DNA of 62,539 nucleotides, filler included, from Chrysochromulina tobinii (lineage: Eukaryota), in NCBI GenBank assembly GCA_001275005.1. It is 7 parts of 7 records of this genome, joined end to end, with 100 filler letters (N's around TTAATTAATTAA, not from the genome) between each part and the next. Parts side by side here need not be neighbours in the genome. Positions count along the whole stretch, not along the records: positions 19,473 to 38,644 come from JWZX01000957.1; positions 38,745 to 42,334 come from JWZX01000958.1; 5 more parts are not named here. One strand, given 5' to 3'. The notes beneath the pieces were generated by a model that did not search any database, was not told where the DNA came from, and was given only the letters and a program-made list of their open reading frames with translations. How positions within the stretch are numbered: the first letter of the stretch is position 1; every line of letters starts with the position of its first letter. Shown piece after piece: positions 30,017 through 42,434 of the stretch. Both the position numbers and the translations under genes were made by a program.

Positions 30017-33000
30017 ATGAACGTGGTTGACGCCTTCGAGGCGGACGCCGCGTCGGCAGTGCTGAACCTGGCACGTCGGGACGACCCGGCGTCGTCGCTG
30101 ACGGCTCTGAGCCCCAAGGACGTTGAGCGCGTGTGGGCCGCGATCGCTCCAGTGACCGGCGCCGCTCTCAATGACTTGAAGCCCGCCATGATGGCGCGAC
30201 AGGCGCAGGAGGTGGACCCCAAGGCGGTCGAGTCGGTCGAGGCGGCGCTCTATATGCTGAGAGCGGTTGTGCTTCTTTCGCGCGCTACCATCGTCGATAA
30301 GGATCGCGAGGCGCCGGAGGTGCTGCTCGACGTTGCCGTTGCCCTGCACGACATCGTGTTCGATCTTCCGTCGTGCAGAGCTTCCGATGCCATCTTCCAG
30401 AGCGCGATGGAGCTGCAGGGGGCGGTCGTCGAGCTGTGCGAGATTTGGTGGCTCGACAATCGCGAGGGGGGCGCCGAGCTCGTCCCACAGGCCATCTCCT
30501 ACATGGGAGTGCGCGTGCTGCACGAGCTCGCATCGACCGCAGACGTCAAGCGGCTTTACACCTTCCGCTCGGCTCTGCAAGTGCTCGACTATGCCGACGA
30601 GTCGGTGCGACCCCTGAAGAGGCTGCTGCTGCACGTGGCGATCAAGCCGCTCGTGCTGCGCGTCTCCGAGGGGCGCAAGCTCGTCGCGCACATCTTCTCG
30701 CTCCACGCGCCCTTCGTGGCCGAGCTGCACCGTGCTATCAAGACCCAAATCCCCACCTGCCGCAAGGCGCAACGCGTCGCGTACGGCGAGGTGTACTTCC
30801 GCGCATGGCGGAACGCGAGCGACGAGAGCCTCGAGCTCCTCGAGCGCGACTGCCTGCAGGACCTCATGTATCACGCCGTCCACGCCTCGTCGACCTCGAT
30901 GGCCAGCTCGCTCCGGCAGGTGCTCGGCTATGCGACGGAGCAGAAGCGGCAGCGCGGCGTGGATGGGATGCTGCTGCGGCTATGGGAGCCCATTCTGTGG
31001 CGCGCGCTCAAGGCGGCCAATCCGCTCGTGCGCCGCAACGCGGCCACGCTCTTCTTCGAGGCCTTCCCGCTGCAGGACGCGGCGCTGCCCGCTGTCGACC
31101 TCGATAAGCTGCTCGCGTCGCAGTTCACGTGCCTCGGCGGGCTGCTCAAGGACGCGTGCGTGGCCGTGCGCGTCGTGGCCGTGCACGGCACGTGCCGTAT
31201 CCTCACCCTCTACTCGGAGCTGCTCCCGGCGCACACGGCCAAAGAGCTCCTGGCCACGCTCACGCGCGACCTCGCGCACGACGCCGCCGCCAGCTCAGTG
31301 CGCGTGGCGGTGCTCGACGGCCTCAAGTACGTGCTCTCGCAATCGGAGCCGTCGGAGGGCGCGCTCCTGCTCAAGCCGTACCTGCCGGTGCTCGCGCCGC
31401 TCCTCGACGACTCGTGCGAGCGCGTGCGCGCCTCCTTGGTCGAGCTGCTCCTCGCCCTCGTGAAAACCAAGGGTGTGGGCGTGCAGTGGCATGCCTTCGT
31501 GAGCCCGAGCGCCGCGCTCGCGCGGCTGCCGGTCGAGCGGCCCGCGATGCAGATGCGCCTGACGCGTCTGCTGCTGCCGCTCTACCTGCCGAGCGGCAAG
31601 CCCGCCGCGCAGCAGGCCAAGACTTCGCGCCTCCTCCGGCTTCTGAGCGATGGCGCCCTCGCGGCGCGCAGCCTGCTGACGCATGCACCGCGCTTCGTCA
31701 CCGCGTCCGCTGCTCTGAAGCTATTACGCGTCCAGGTGTGCGCGCTGCTCTCGGATGCGACCGACACCACGCTGCTCCTCGGAGGCGATGAGGACGAGCC
31801 CACCGACCCTGCCAAGCTGCCAGCGCGCTCCGAGGCGCTCACACCTGCGCAGGCCGCCTCGCGCCTTGAGGCGATCGCCACGTTCGTCGACGCGATGGCG
31901 CCCGCCATGGCGCTGCCATCAGCCGCCTCGAGCGCGGCCGAGGGCGTAGAGGAAGCTTCAGAGGGTGCCGGGGCGGCCAGCGGCGCCGAGGGCGCCCCCG
32001 GCCTCACCGGCCTCTGCTCGGTCCTCACCGAGCCGGTCATGGAGGCGCTCGAGGCACTGGCTCAGACGACCCTCGCTGGCCAGGGAGCGCTCCGCCGCAT
32101 CGCCGCGTGGCTGCCGGCGTCGGCGGTGCCGCAAATGGCGGCCGAGTGCCTGCAAAAGCTGGCGGCGGCCCCTGCGAGCGCCAGCCCCGCCCAGCTGGCG
32201 CCCCTCCTCGCGTGCGCATGTGCGTGGGGTCAGCATGGCGTCCTCATGGCCAGCCTCGCCGCGGCACTGCAGGGCCCAGCTGGCAGCGGCGGCGCGACCG
32301 CTGGCGCCAAGCGCGGACGCCACGCCAGCGTGCCCGCCCTCTCGGCGGCGCTCTCACTGCGCGCATTGTGGGCGGCGCTTGCGACGGAGTCGACGCGCGC
32401 CGTCCTGATCAGCAAGCAGTCGGCGGCTCTCCGAAAGCTGCTGCCACTGCTCGCCGCGCGCGCCGCCACCGCACCGAGCGCCGTCACGAGCGCCGTTATG
32501 AGCGCCGACGAGGCCCTGCTCGCGATGAGCTGTTACGTGCAGCTGGCATGGCATCTGGCCGCCGTCGCGGGCGCTGCTGCAGCAGAGGCCGCCGCGAACG
32601 CTGCCACTGCCGGCGGCAGCCGTCGCCGCGCCCGTGGCGCTCGTCAGACGCGAGCGGACAAGGCAGCAGAGGACGCCGAGGTCGCGGCGGCTGAGGCGAG
32701 GCGGGCCCAAGCGGCGGGCTGTGCGGCCGTCGAGAGCCTCATGCTATGGACAGAGGGGAGCAGCTTGGGCCGTCGACTGGGCAGCCTGCTCATCGAGCCA
32801 AGTCCGGGTGAGGCGCGTGCCAAGACGCGCTCGCGCCTGCACGATGGCAGCGAGAATGCTCTCGCCAACTCGCCCGAAGGTGCACGGGGCGGCAAGCAGG
32901 GCGTGGCCGCCGCGGCGGAGGCCATCGACGCAGACGATGCCGAGGCGGCCAGCTCCGGCGCAGGCATGGCGACGCGCCAGGTCGTGTGTGCGTGGGTGGC

Positions 33001-33763
33001 GGAGGCAGCCGCGCTGGGTTTCCTCACCCCTGCCACGGCTGAGAAGGCAGCTGGGTTCGTCTCGCGCACGATCCGCATGTCCGACGCGGCCGACGCCGCC
33101 GACGCCGCCGGCGCGGCGGTGGCCTCACTGCTGCCACACGCAGCGAAGCTCGTCCTTGCCCTGGCCGATCCCGCCGCCGCCGAGGCCTTTGCGACCGACA
33201 GCATAGCGGTCGGCCGGTCGGCGGCGCCCAGCTCGGCGCCCCCCGGACAGCTCGCACTCTCGCTCGTGCTGCAGCTGCTCGCGTGCCGCCAGGGCACGGC
33301 CGCAGTCTTGCGGGGAGCGCATGCATTGCTCCTCGAGGTGCTCGCATTCGCACCACAGGCCGAGGCGGCGCAGGCGTGGAGCGTAGGCGAGCTGCTCTAT
33401 CGGCTCCTGCGCCCGATCCTCGATGGTATCTCGACGTCAGACGCGGCCGCTTCGGAAGGCGGCCTTGCGTCGCTCGGGCTGGCGCCGCTGCTCGGGACGG
33501 CGCTCGAGGTGATCAGCGTGCGCTCGTCCACCGCTGCCGCCGCGCTGATGCCCGCGCTCTGCCGGCACCTGCGCTCTTTGGATCCGCAAGCGCCGTCGAC
33601 GGAGCAGCTGGTGCATGCAGCGGCGCGGCTGCTGGAGGCGTGTCCACCGCAGCTGCCCGGCGCCGCGGCCGTCCGCGCGACGCTCAGCAGCATCAACGCG
33701 AGTGCCGAGGTGGCGGACGCGCCGCTGTACGCACCTCTCCGTGCCGCTGTGGCGGCGATATGA
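30017..33763 (+). CDS. NCAPG2: Condensin II HEAT-repeat subunit CAP-G2
   Basis: Motifs LWEPILWRALKAANPLVRRNAATLFFEAFPL, YGEVYFRAW, DLAHDAAASSVR, LLDDSCERVR. Confidence 0.9.
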   Translation: MNVVDAFEADAASAVLNLARRDDPASSLTALSPKDVERVWAAIAPVTGAALNDLKPAMMARQAQEVDPKAVESVEAALYMLRAVVLLSRATIVDKDREAPEVLLDVAVALHDIVFDLPSCRASDAIFQSAMELQGAVVELCEIWWLDNREGGAELVPQAISYMGVRVLHELASTADVKRLYTFRSALQVLDYADESVRPLKRLLLHVAIKPLVLRVSEGRKLVAHIFSLHAPFVAELHRAIKTQIPTCRKAQRVAYGEVYFRAWRNASDESLELLERDCLQDLMYHAVHASSTSMASSLRQVLGYATEQKRQRGVDGMLLRLWEPILWRALKAANPLVRRNAATLFFEAFPLQDAALPAVDLDKLLASQFTCLGGLLKDACVAVRVVAVHGTCRILTLYSELLPAHTAKELLATLTRDLAHDAAASSVRVAVLDGLKYVLSQSEPSEGALLLKPYLPVLAPLLDDSCERVRASLVELLLALVKTKGVGVQWHAFVSPSAALARLPVERPAMQMRLTRLLLPLYLPSGKPAAQQAKTSRLLRLLSDGALAARSLLTHAPRFVTASAALKLLRVQVCALLSDATDTTLLLGGDEDEPTDPAKLPARSEALTPAQAASRLEAIATFVDAMAPAMALPSAASSAAEGVEEASEGAGAASGAEGAPGLTGLCSVLTEPVMEALEALAQTTLAGQGALRRIAAWLPASAVPQMAAECLQKLAAAPASASPAQLAPLLACACAWGQHGVLMASLAAALQGPAGSGGATAGAKRGRHASVPALSAALSLRALWAALATESTRAVLISKQSAALRKLLPLLAARAATAPSAVTSAVMSADEALLAMSCYVQLAWHLAAVAGAAAAEAAANAATAGGSRRRARGARQTRADKAAEDAEVAAAEARRAQAAGCAAVESLMLWTEGSSLGRRLGSLLIEPSPGEARAKTRSRLHDGSENALANSPEGARGGKQGVAAAAEAIDADDAEAASSGAGMATRQVVCAWVAEAAALGFLTPATAEKAAGFVSRTIRMSDAADAADAAGAAVASLLPHAAKLVLALADPAAAEAFATDSIAVGRSAAPSSAPPGQLALSLVLQLLACRQGTAAVLRGAHALLLEVLAFAPQAEAAQAWSVGELLYRLLRPILDGISTSDAAASEGGLASLGLAPLLGTALEVISVRSSTAAAALMPALCRHLRSLDPQAPSTEQLVHAAARLLEACPPQLPGAAAVRATLSSINASAEVADAPLYAPLRAAVAAI

Positions 33764-34511
33764 CGCCCGTTCTGAACGAGGCGCGCGCGCAAGGGAGAAG
33801 CGTTGAGGTCGGCCGAGGGGGAGCGTGGGGAAGGGGGAAGAAGAGATCGCATGGACGCGGCGTGCGTGCTCGTGTGTGGCCAAGAGGTACTGTACTAGGT
33901 GCGCAGCACCGCAAGTAATAGAGTGGGCGTGACACTTCTGTTGGACATGCCCGATGCGCGGTAGGCGGCGCTGTTGGCCGACTGACTGAGGAACGGGACT
34001 GTGATGGGTGGGGAGCGGGAGACGGAGAGGTCGCGCGCTCAGTGTGCTGTGCTCCTGTGCGCCGTGCACACTGCAGGCCGGGCTGCGGAGAGCGGGAGAG
34101 GGCGCGGGTCCGGGGCCGGGCGCGCGCGGGAAACCGATCGCGAAGGCGCGTATTCTATACTCACGTCACCCCGCCCGTCCCCCGCCCGTGGGCCCGGGCG
34201 TATTTAATATTCTTTCCTTTCAGTGCCTAGGCGACGTGGTCCCCGCGCCACAACGCCACGTCCCACGACTCACATTTGAAATCACCAGTTTGACACCGGT
34301 CTCCGCTCAAACATTTGAGAAAATTAACACAGTCCTTTTTCGTCGCGGTCCCCTGCAGCGGTCCAGGTTTCGATCTTCGTGCTGTCCAACAGTAAGAAGC
34401 AAAATTGGATCTCCAGCGCTTTCACAGCCACTAAAAATGCGAGCACGCCACATTTTTCCATGCGGCTTCCGACAAGATGTTTGCGGCAGAACATACGCAG
34501 CCACTTTCACA

Positions 34512-35840
34512 ATGCGAGCTCGCCACAATTTCATGCGCCTTCTGACGAGAATGATGTTTGCGGCAGTACATACGGCCTCCGCGGCCAAGGCTCGCAGGAT
34601 GTCACCCGACGCGGCGTACAAGGCGGTCACGAAGCAGACGCATGAACGGCTCTTCATCCTTCTCTCAGAAAGCGACTTCTCCAATGCCGAAGGCCAGCAG
34701 CATCGTGCAAGCTTTGACGTCGCCGCCCGGGCCTGGGACTCCGACAACATCACATTCGTCCACACGATTTACGACTCAACTACGGCCATGTCGCAGCAGG
34801 CTGGCGCAACCAAGCCTCCAGCGTACATCTTGGTGGTGCGAGAGTGGTTCCCACGTCACGTCACACACACTGACCCAATGTCCTCCGATGAGATTCTGCA
34901 CTTTCTACACTTTCAGCTGAGCTTTCGCGCCGGCACGCTGCACCAAAGCGCCAAGTATTTCTCGGCGAGCTCCATGGCAGCCTACGCAGCTGTACGCCCC
35001 CTCGGCTCAATTGTGCTCGGCCTGTGCGAGACGCAGGCGCAGGAGCAGGAGATTGCGTTTGCAGCGCGGCGCGCCGCCGTGCCTCTCTTCCTGCGCTTGG
35101 GCAACGCATCCGTCGCGCGCTCGCTGGGCGCGCCCTTTCCTGCCGTGCTCGTTGTGCATGGGCACAAGGAAAGGAGCACCTCTGAGGTGGCATGGCCACA
35201 CTTCAAGCCACATTATGACCACGGCGAGTATTTTTGGCACGGCCTCGAGAATTTCCTGACCGAGCGTGCCGTGCCGACGCTCGTGCCCATGTCCAGCGGC
35301 GACGGGCGCTTCCGCCGAAGTCTGCGGGCCTCTCGCTACCAACTGACTGTGTACTTATTCCACAACCAGCGAGGGCGTTGGCAGGCAGCACAGCTTGAGC
35401 CGGAACAGGCGCGCGCGGTGAGCTCGGAGAGCTCGGCAGCTATGGAAGCGGTGCGTGCGGTGGCGCCGAGCTTTTTGGGCGTAGTATCCTTTGTCTCGAT
35501 CGATTGGTTCGACGAGGGGGCGCGCGAGATGCTGCAGGCGACGTTGGATGCTCTCTCGTCGTCCGCGTCAACGAGTGAAGCACGAATGGACGAGGGCTCG
35601 TTGCCGTGCCTGCTCGCCATCAAGGGGCGCTTCGGACGACACGCGAGCGAGCGGAGGCCGTGGGCGAGGTGGGAGAAATTGCAGTTGAGACGCAAGCACA
35701 GAGGTAGGGTCGACCCGGCCGAGATGGCAGCGGTGGTGCGGGCCTTTGTCGACAAGTCGCTCACCGAGGCGGCGGTGCTCGCCACTCCGCCGCCGGATGT
35801 CAAAATCTGGCGAGGCCCCGACGAGAAGAAAGAGTTGTGA
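34512..35840 (+). CDS. ER-resident protein, possibly non-catalytic thioredoxin-like (PDI b-type) domains
   Basis: Long ORF with C-terminal KKEL. Segments such as VAPSFLGVVSFVSID and LPCLLAI resemble Trx-like folds. No CxxC. Confidence 0.5.
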   Translation: MRARHNFMRLLTRMMFAAVHTASAAKARRMSPDAAYKAVTKQTHERLFILLSESDFSNAEGQQHRASFDVAARAWDSDNITFVHTIYDSTTAMSQQAGATKPPAYILVVREWFPRHVTHTDPMSSDEILHFLHFQLSFRAGTLHQSAKYFSASSMAAYAAVRPLGSIVLGLCETQAQEQEIAFAARRAAVPLFLRLGNASVARSLGAPFPAVLVVHGHKERSTSEVAWPHFKPHYDHGEYFWHGLENFLTERAVPTLVPMSSGDGRFRRSLRASRYQLTVYLFHNQRGRWQAAQLEPEQARAVSSESSAAMEAVRAVAPSFLGVVSFVSIDWFDEGAREMLQATLDALSSSASTSEARMDEGSLPCLLAIKGRFGRHASERRPWARWEKLQLRRKHRGRVDPAEMAAVVRAFVDKSLTEAAVLATPPPDVKIWRGPDEKKEL

Positions 35841-36606
35841 GAGCGACACTGGAGCCCTGCGCAGCAGTGAGTAGACAGGAGCTGCAGCTGGGCCTATTAG
35901 TACCACTGCCCGGCCGTCCTGACGAGTCAATGTCGAATGTGTGGGCAGACCGCGGCTGACGGGGGGCGGTTGTTCCACGTTCGCGTGGACGGTGGAGCGT
36001 CCTCAAGATCTGTCAATGCGCGTTGCGACCCGGAACGCAATTAGATTGTAGCCCGATCCCGGTCGCGGTGGCCGACTACCGAGTACCGTTCCGTACGGTA
36101 TCGCCATACCGAGCTTACCCCCCCGATACAGTGTAGCGGCGCTGCAGGTGGACCGGTCTCCCTGCCTACCGACGTATCGCGGTAGACCGCGTATGTCGTA
36201 TACCGTACCGCGCGCCGACGTATGGCGTTGCCGTAGTTGCATAGTATGGTACGAATCCCCTAAAGATGTGTTCCTATCCGGCGGTTGAACCCGCTTCTCC
36301 AAAGAATTCAATTGCCGGTCTCGACATTTGCCATTTTTACCAATCACCCACCAAGATGCTGCGAGGATTGTTAGTTCGTTGATGGCTTATAGCCAACAAG
36401 CTCACCAATGGCAAAGAGCCAAAACATTCCCGGCCACCAGCGCCCCATGATCGCTATCGCGATGGCGCACCCCCGCGTCCAGGCATCTTTCTTCTGTCCG
36501 TCTGGGAAAGGGCTGGGAATGCAGTGTGCTCCCACCCGACCGCCCCGGTAAGCGATGGTGGCGGGGCGTGGTCTGCCTTTTAGCCTACCAAGAGCTACTG
36601 TACGAC

Positions 36607-38644
36607 CTACGTTGGTGGCAACGGTCTGTGCATAAGCACTTGCAAGAAACCCTCGTCTTCCATCGGATGGTCACGGTCGCTCGCGCCAGTAGACGAGCCG
36701 TGAAAATGGACTGTGGGTGCACTGCTTGCAAGCGCGTCCCGGCCACAGCAGATCATCGATCGCAGTAGCACTGTGTGGACGAACGTGGTGTCAAGCACAC
36801 CAACGAACGCATCGACGAGGCCACCCACATAGAAATCGATGGCTGTGCGCGACCAGCTGCCTTGGGGATCTGCGGTGCTCCTCGGGCAAGCCTCGTCGCC
36901 TCGTGGCTCACCCACCGCACAAGCAGCATCGAACTGGACGTGGCCGATGGCGCCGCCGGCGTCGCTGTGAACGACCCTGCCCTCAAGCTCAGGCGTGAAG
37001 CTCACCAGCCCCACAACTCCGGGAGCATCGCCGAGGATCAGCACACCTGAGGCGTTGGAGGGCAGAGGTGCGAGCAAGCTCTCCCTCCTCGCCAGCAGCT
37101 GTGTACAGAGCAGGCCAGCTGCCAGGGTGCCATTGCCAGGCAGGTGCTGCAGCTGATGACGACCGCAGTGCTCACGTGCCGACTTGGCGCATCCACGCCC
37201 ACCGCACACGGCGAGCGCATCGGCATACGAGGGTGTGTGCCCAAATGGCCGGCCGAAGGCGCTCGCCTTCCAGTTAAAGCACGGCCGGGCGCCCCGGGCG
37301 CTGCTCTCGCCGCAGTTGATTTGAGTGGCGTCGCACCCCTCGCATTCGACGAGATAAGATTCGAGCCGCCGCCAGTGCTCTGCGAACGAGAGTTTGCCCG
37401 AGGTCTCAGCACCCATCCGAGGCAATCAGAAGGCGATCGATGGCACTCAGAGGCCCTCAGAGGCCCTCAGAGGCCCTCAGAGGCACTCACCTGCAAACGA
37501 GAGCGGCGGTTGCAAGGCAGCACGGGCCCAGCTGCGTGAGGCGCTCCCGTTGCGCTGTGCTGCCAGTGCGACCCAATCTGGGTAGCCTGTGCGCACATGA
37601 AGAGCACTGACAAAACTGAGCGCATCGAGCGCGAGCACGATCGGCGTGATGAGAGCCTGAAGACTAGGCCGTGGGCGCAGCAGCGCAAAGGCTTCGCATT
37701 TTAAGTTGATGCGACTGCGGAGGGCCCTCCCTTGAGAGGGTTCAATGCTCCCCATAGCAACCGCCGCCGTGTATGGCAGGTGCAAGGCTGATTGTCGTGA
37801 CGTCGGGTCGCGGATGCGTCGCTCCGCTCGCTCGCTCCAGCAGCCACCACCCATGTTCGCTCCGTCGGCCCATCCACCTCCCCACGTGATACCCGCCTGG
37901 CCACTGAGCACGGCCGCAGCTGGTTTGCCCGACGGTTGAAATGCCGTCATCTGGCCCGGATGGATCGGCCTCACGAGTAGCCATCGGGCGTCCTGCTGTG
38001 TAATTAGCTTGAGGAGGCTCCCATTACGTTCCTCCTCTTCCGTCCCGATCAGGTGCCCCTCCGGCGACCACCGGAGCTCATGCCTCTCACAATTGATGCC
38101 GTGCTTCAGGCAGCGATGAGTGATCGTCACAGGGCTGCTCACGTTGAACGACGCCATGCGCGCGCGAACTTTAGATTCTGAGGCGGGTGACCAGTCCCAC
38201 TCGCATGCTTCCGACTCGAAGAAGGCACCCATATCGAAGTAGGGTGCTGGCTGCTCGACCTTTTGTCTTCGTCGCCGTGAAGAAGCGTTGGCCACGTCAT
38301 CTTTGATCTGTGTCGACCAGGCCTGATCAGACATCCACAGATACGTGGCTCGCCCGGACGCAAGACCGAAGCGCAGCAATGCAAGCCAGCGGCTGAGGTT
38401 GTTGCCAAGGCCCCACCATCGGAAGCGGATGTCGAAGACGATGACGCGATCCAGTCGCTCGTGCAGAAGTCGCGCTCGGGACATGACTCGCTGTGTGCAT
38501 GCGCACCTCTCTTGATAAACATTGCGCTCTTGCTGCAAGCGCGACTGCATTCCAACGCGCCCACGAACTCGCTCTAGGACAGCAGGCGCTGCGCGCGCTG
38601 GCTGCGCGCGCGCGGCGCGGCGCTGGCTGCGCGCGCGCGGCGCG
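36607..38644 (-). CDS. Putative fucosyltransferase (GT23/O-FucT-like), 5'-truncated; intron 37380-37490
   Basis: Motifs WWGLGN, ALHVRTG, LILGD, DFYVGGLVDAFVG...TF, which resemble alpha-2/alpha-6/O-fucosyltransferase motifs I-III. Confidence 0.6.
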
Positions 38645-38744
38645 NNNNNNNNNNNNNNNNNNNNNNNNNNNNNNNNNNNNNNNNNNNNTTAATTAATTAA
38701 NNNNNNNNNNNNNNNNNNNNNNNNNNNNNNNNNNNNNNNNNNNN

Positions 38745-41700
38745 CGCCGCCCTTGACTCCGTCGAGAGTCTCGGAGCGGCACGTGTAGATGACCACCGGA
38801 TTTGAGTGCACGTTGGCCTTTCGCTCCTCATCGCTGCGGTACTGCTCGAGATTGTTCGCCTGGTAGAGGCTCTTGCCAATGTTACTCGCGCTCAGCTCGT
38901 CGTACGCGTCGAGTAGAAAGAGCACTTCCGCCTCGCCCTTGCGCACGTGCTCGCGTAGCTCATCGCACTGGGCCTGTGTCAGCCCGTACTGCTTCTTCAG
39001 CCCTTCGGCCCAGAGGTCAGTCATCGGATTGACGAGCGATCCGAGGGGCACCAGCAAAACCACGACGGCCTTGAGCTGTGGATGCTTCTTCTTGCGCAGC
39101 TCGCGGTACTCGGTGCGAAGGTAGGCGAGCAGCTTCTTCAGGAAGGTGGACTTGCCCGAGCCGGCGGCACCCGCGATCAGCAAGCACGACCGCCTCGGCG
39201 GACTGCCCGTCGCCACCGCTGGGCCGCTTGCAGCCACGGACGCTGCCTTGGGCGCAGTGGTAGGCGTTGTCTCGGGTGCCGCCACGGACGCTGGCTCGGG
39301 CGCCTCGGACGCTGCCTCAGGCGCGGGCGCGGGCGCTGCCATAGACGCCGTGTTGGTCACTGTCTCAGGCGCTTCCTCGGGCGCTCCTCCGAGCTGCTTT
39401 GAAGACACCTCGACATCTTCTCGCGTCAGAAAGCTCACCAGTCCATGGGGCGCCACCTCGCAGTCGCGGCCGAGCAGCTCAAACGCTGGATTATTGACCC
39501 CAACCTCGAACTTCCCGCGCTCGTCGGCAACCACACCTCGAGCGGGGATGTACACGACGTCCTCCAGCTGCAGACGAGAAGTCTGCTCCTCCTGCTCGAT
39601 GCGCTCCTGCAGGACGTCCAAAACGGGCCGGCCCAGCTTCCGCTCGAGCGACTGCTGCAGCGCGGCCACCGAGCCCTGCACGGCGTCGAGCTTACTGCTC
39701 ATGCCGGCGAGCTCATCTTGGAAGCCGACCAGGAAGTCGAGGACGACGTTGAGCTTCTCGCCGAGATCGCCGCAGCCCTTAGCCGCCATGGCCAATGCCT
39801 GCCGCTCGGCATGGCACTCGTTGAGCACCAGTTGCTTACGGAATGGGTCGTCCTCCTCCTCGGCGCGCTTCATCTTCTTTTCGAGCTCCTTGAGCTTCGT
39901 CTGCATCGCGAGCTTGATATGCCGCTGCTCCGCCTCCCACGCGTGCGCCAGCTCCGCCTCGCTCGGCCCCTTGCTCTTGCAGCCGAGCAGCGCCTTGACG
40001 CGCTTGTCGGACTCGTACACATGGCGCGTGACGAGCTCTTGCGTCATCGACTCAAGCAGCGCGGCCGAGCCCTTCACCTGCAGCAGGCTGAGCGCACGGC
40101 GCAGCCGCAACGCCGCTGCGACTGCCACCTCACGGATGCGTGCGGCACGCGCCATGTCCGAGAGCGAGGCTTCGCTAGCACGCGCCATCAGGCTGCCCAT
40201 GAGCGCCTTGCCCTGAGCGAGAATCTCGCCGCCCAGAGCATCACCATCACCTCCGAGCTCGAGCTCATCGAGCGCATTACTCGCCGCGTCCACCATGTCC
40301 TCAACAGCCGTCTTCGCCTCCTCAGCAAGCTCGCCCAAGACCTGCAGCTTGAGGCCCTCCACCGATTTTCCAAACGCCTCCTTGACCTCGCCGAGCACGT
40401 ACCGCTTGAGAGAACGAAGCTCGGATGATGAAGCATCGCTGAGCTCGGAAAGCTCCTTGGGCTCGGGCAGCATGGCCTCGCGCACGCTTCGGATGGTTTC
40501 AACGAGCTGTGGGGAAAGGGGGGAGGAGGGGTTGAAGGAGAGGAGAGGAGAGGGGATCGTCAGTGAGGGATTAGCTGGGGTCTTTCTTTGGGTCAAGCGC
40601 GGGGCTGCCTGGCAGCTTGCCACCTGCTGCTTGTTCAAGTCCTCGAGCAGCGTGTCAAGCGATCTGGCATATGCCTTGATCTTTGCCCGAGATCCACGTA
40701 ACTTCTCACGTTGTGCCTCCGTGGCGTCCCTCTTGTAAGCAAGCAGAGCGGAGGTGATGGCGGCGTTGCCCGCGACCTGCAGGTCGGGCAGTTGTGCACT
40801 CAAGATAGCCTCAGAGACATGTTTAGTCAGCCGGACCGCCTTCTTGAGCGCCGCACAAGCTGAGCCGGTGCGATGCGCGAGCATCGTGAGTAGCTGCAGT
40901 GCCTCGTCCACTGCCGCCACTCCGCCTTCTTGCGGCGTGCGGGCGGTCTGACCGGCGCCGCTCAGCACGGCCGACTCCATAGCCTCTCGCTTAGCTTTCT
41001 CAAAAGCATCTCGCATAGCTTCCTCAATAGCCTCTCGCATAGCTTTCATCGCGCCACCTACCGTTTCAGACCGAAGTATCTGTACGAGTGTCTCGACCTC
41101 AGCATCGAGCATTTGAACGAGTTTGTTGGCCTCGGCTATGGACGCCTTCGACTTGTCGACATCTTGGGTCATTAAATTGGCCACATTGTTGAGCAGCCGC
41201 ACCGCGTCATTTACACTTGGCGACTCAGCGCCCTCCGTTGAGTCGCCATCGAAGGACACGATCTTGACGACGATCTGCTGCAGGGCGCCACGTAACTTCT
41301 CGCCCGCGGCACGCAACTTCTCGCCCATCTCGCTCTGCAGTCCCGTGTCGCCTCCGGCCATGCAGCCGAAGATGGCCATCTCGAAACCCTTGCGTAGCGC
41401 ACCCAGTGAGCTCAGGGCCTTGGCGTAGTGCAGCAGCTTCTCCACCACCGTCTTGACGGTCGGCAGCGTCCCGATCTCGGCGATCTCGGCGATCTCGGCG
41501 CATTTGCGTTGCAGTCGCTCCTCAGTCTCGGCGCATTTGCGTTGCAGTCGCTCGATGGCCCAGAGCAGCGCGCGCTCGGCAAGCTGCCCGACGAGCTGCT
41601 TGGGCGAGGCGAGGGCCTTGAGCATGTGATGGATCTGAGAGCGTGGGCGCACAGCATCAACAAATCCGGTCAGAGGATCAGTGCCACAGAAACGGCAGTC

Positions 41701-42334
41701 GGGCATGGGAAAAAGGGAGCGTGGAGAGCACAGCCAAGCGAGCAGTCGCGCGCGCCACCCAATTGATCAGCCTCATGAGGCGAGAAAGGGAGGTGGCAGT
41801 GGCACACCTTTTCAAGAAAGCGACCAAGCTTCTCGAGGCCTGCCTTTGCCGTGGCCAGCACCGGCGATGCCTCCTGCAGCAAGCCGAGCGCGGCACGAAT
41901 GACCCCATCCACCTTGCTCAGAGCGGATGGATCGCTCTCTTCTGTCAGCAGCCTAGCGACCTTCTCATCAACCTTCTCGCACGGACCTTGAAGGGTGCGC
42001 TCAAGCTGGTGCTCGATACCCGAGAGCACCTCGGTGCAGGCGTTGCTCGCGTACATCGTGAGGCTCTCGATGTACTCGCTCATCGTGCACTCCTCCGTCA
42101 AGAGCGACACGGCCAGCTGTGTTACCGCCGTGCACGCCGCCGCAAAAGGCGAAACCACCGCCTTCATGTCAGAGCCGTACGACATCCAGCCACGCAGCCC
42201 AAGAAAAGCCTGGGTTGGGCCAAAGAGTGATGCGCCATCCTGGCCGTCCCACAACCACCTGATCAACTTCAGCCGAGCCTCGGCGGCCGATGGAATTGTC
42301 TGCAAGTGTCGCGTCTGCACGAGGGCCGCGGCGC
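38745..42334 (-). CDS. Large helical/coiled-coil protein with NACHT-type NTPase (truncated at both ends); introns about 41635-41807 and 40507-40623
   Basis: Walker A LLIAGAAGSGKST, NACHT-type Walker B FLLDAYDE, then VIYTCR. Confidence 0.75.
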
Positions 42335-42434
42335 NNNNNNNNNNNNNNNNNNNNNNNNNNNNNNNNNNNNNNNNNNNNTTAATTAATTAANNNNNNNNNN
42401 NNNNNNNNNNNNNNNNNNNNNNNNNNNNNNNNNN

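Noticed and set aside
29897..33918. Numerous overlapping and antisense Arg/Ala-rich ORFs (here and throughout the window)
   Set aside because: Shadow ORFs expected from high GC and GC3 bias.
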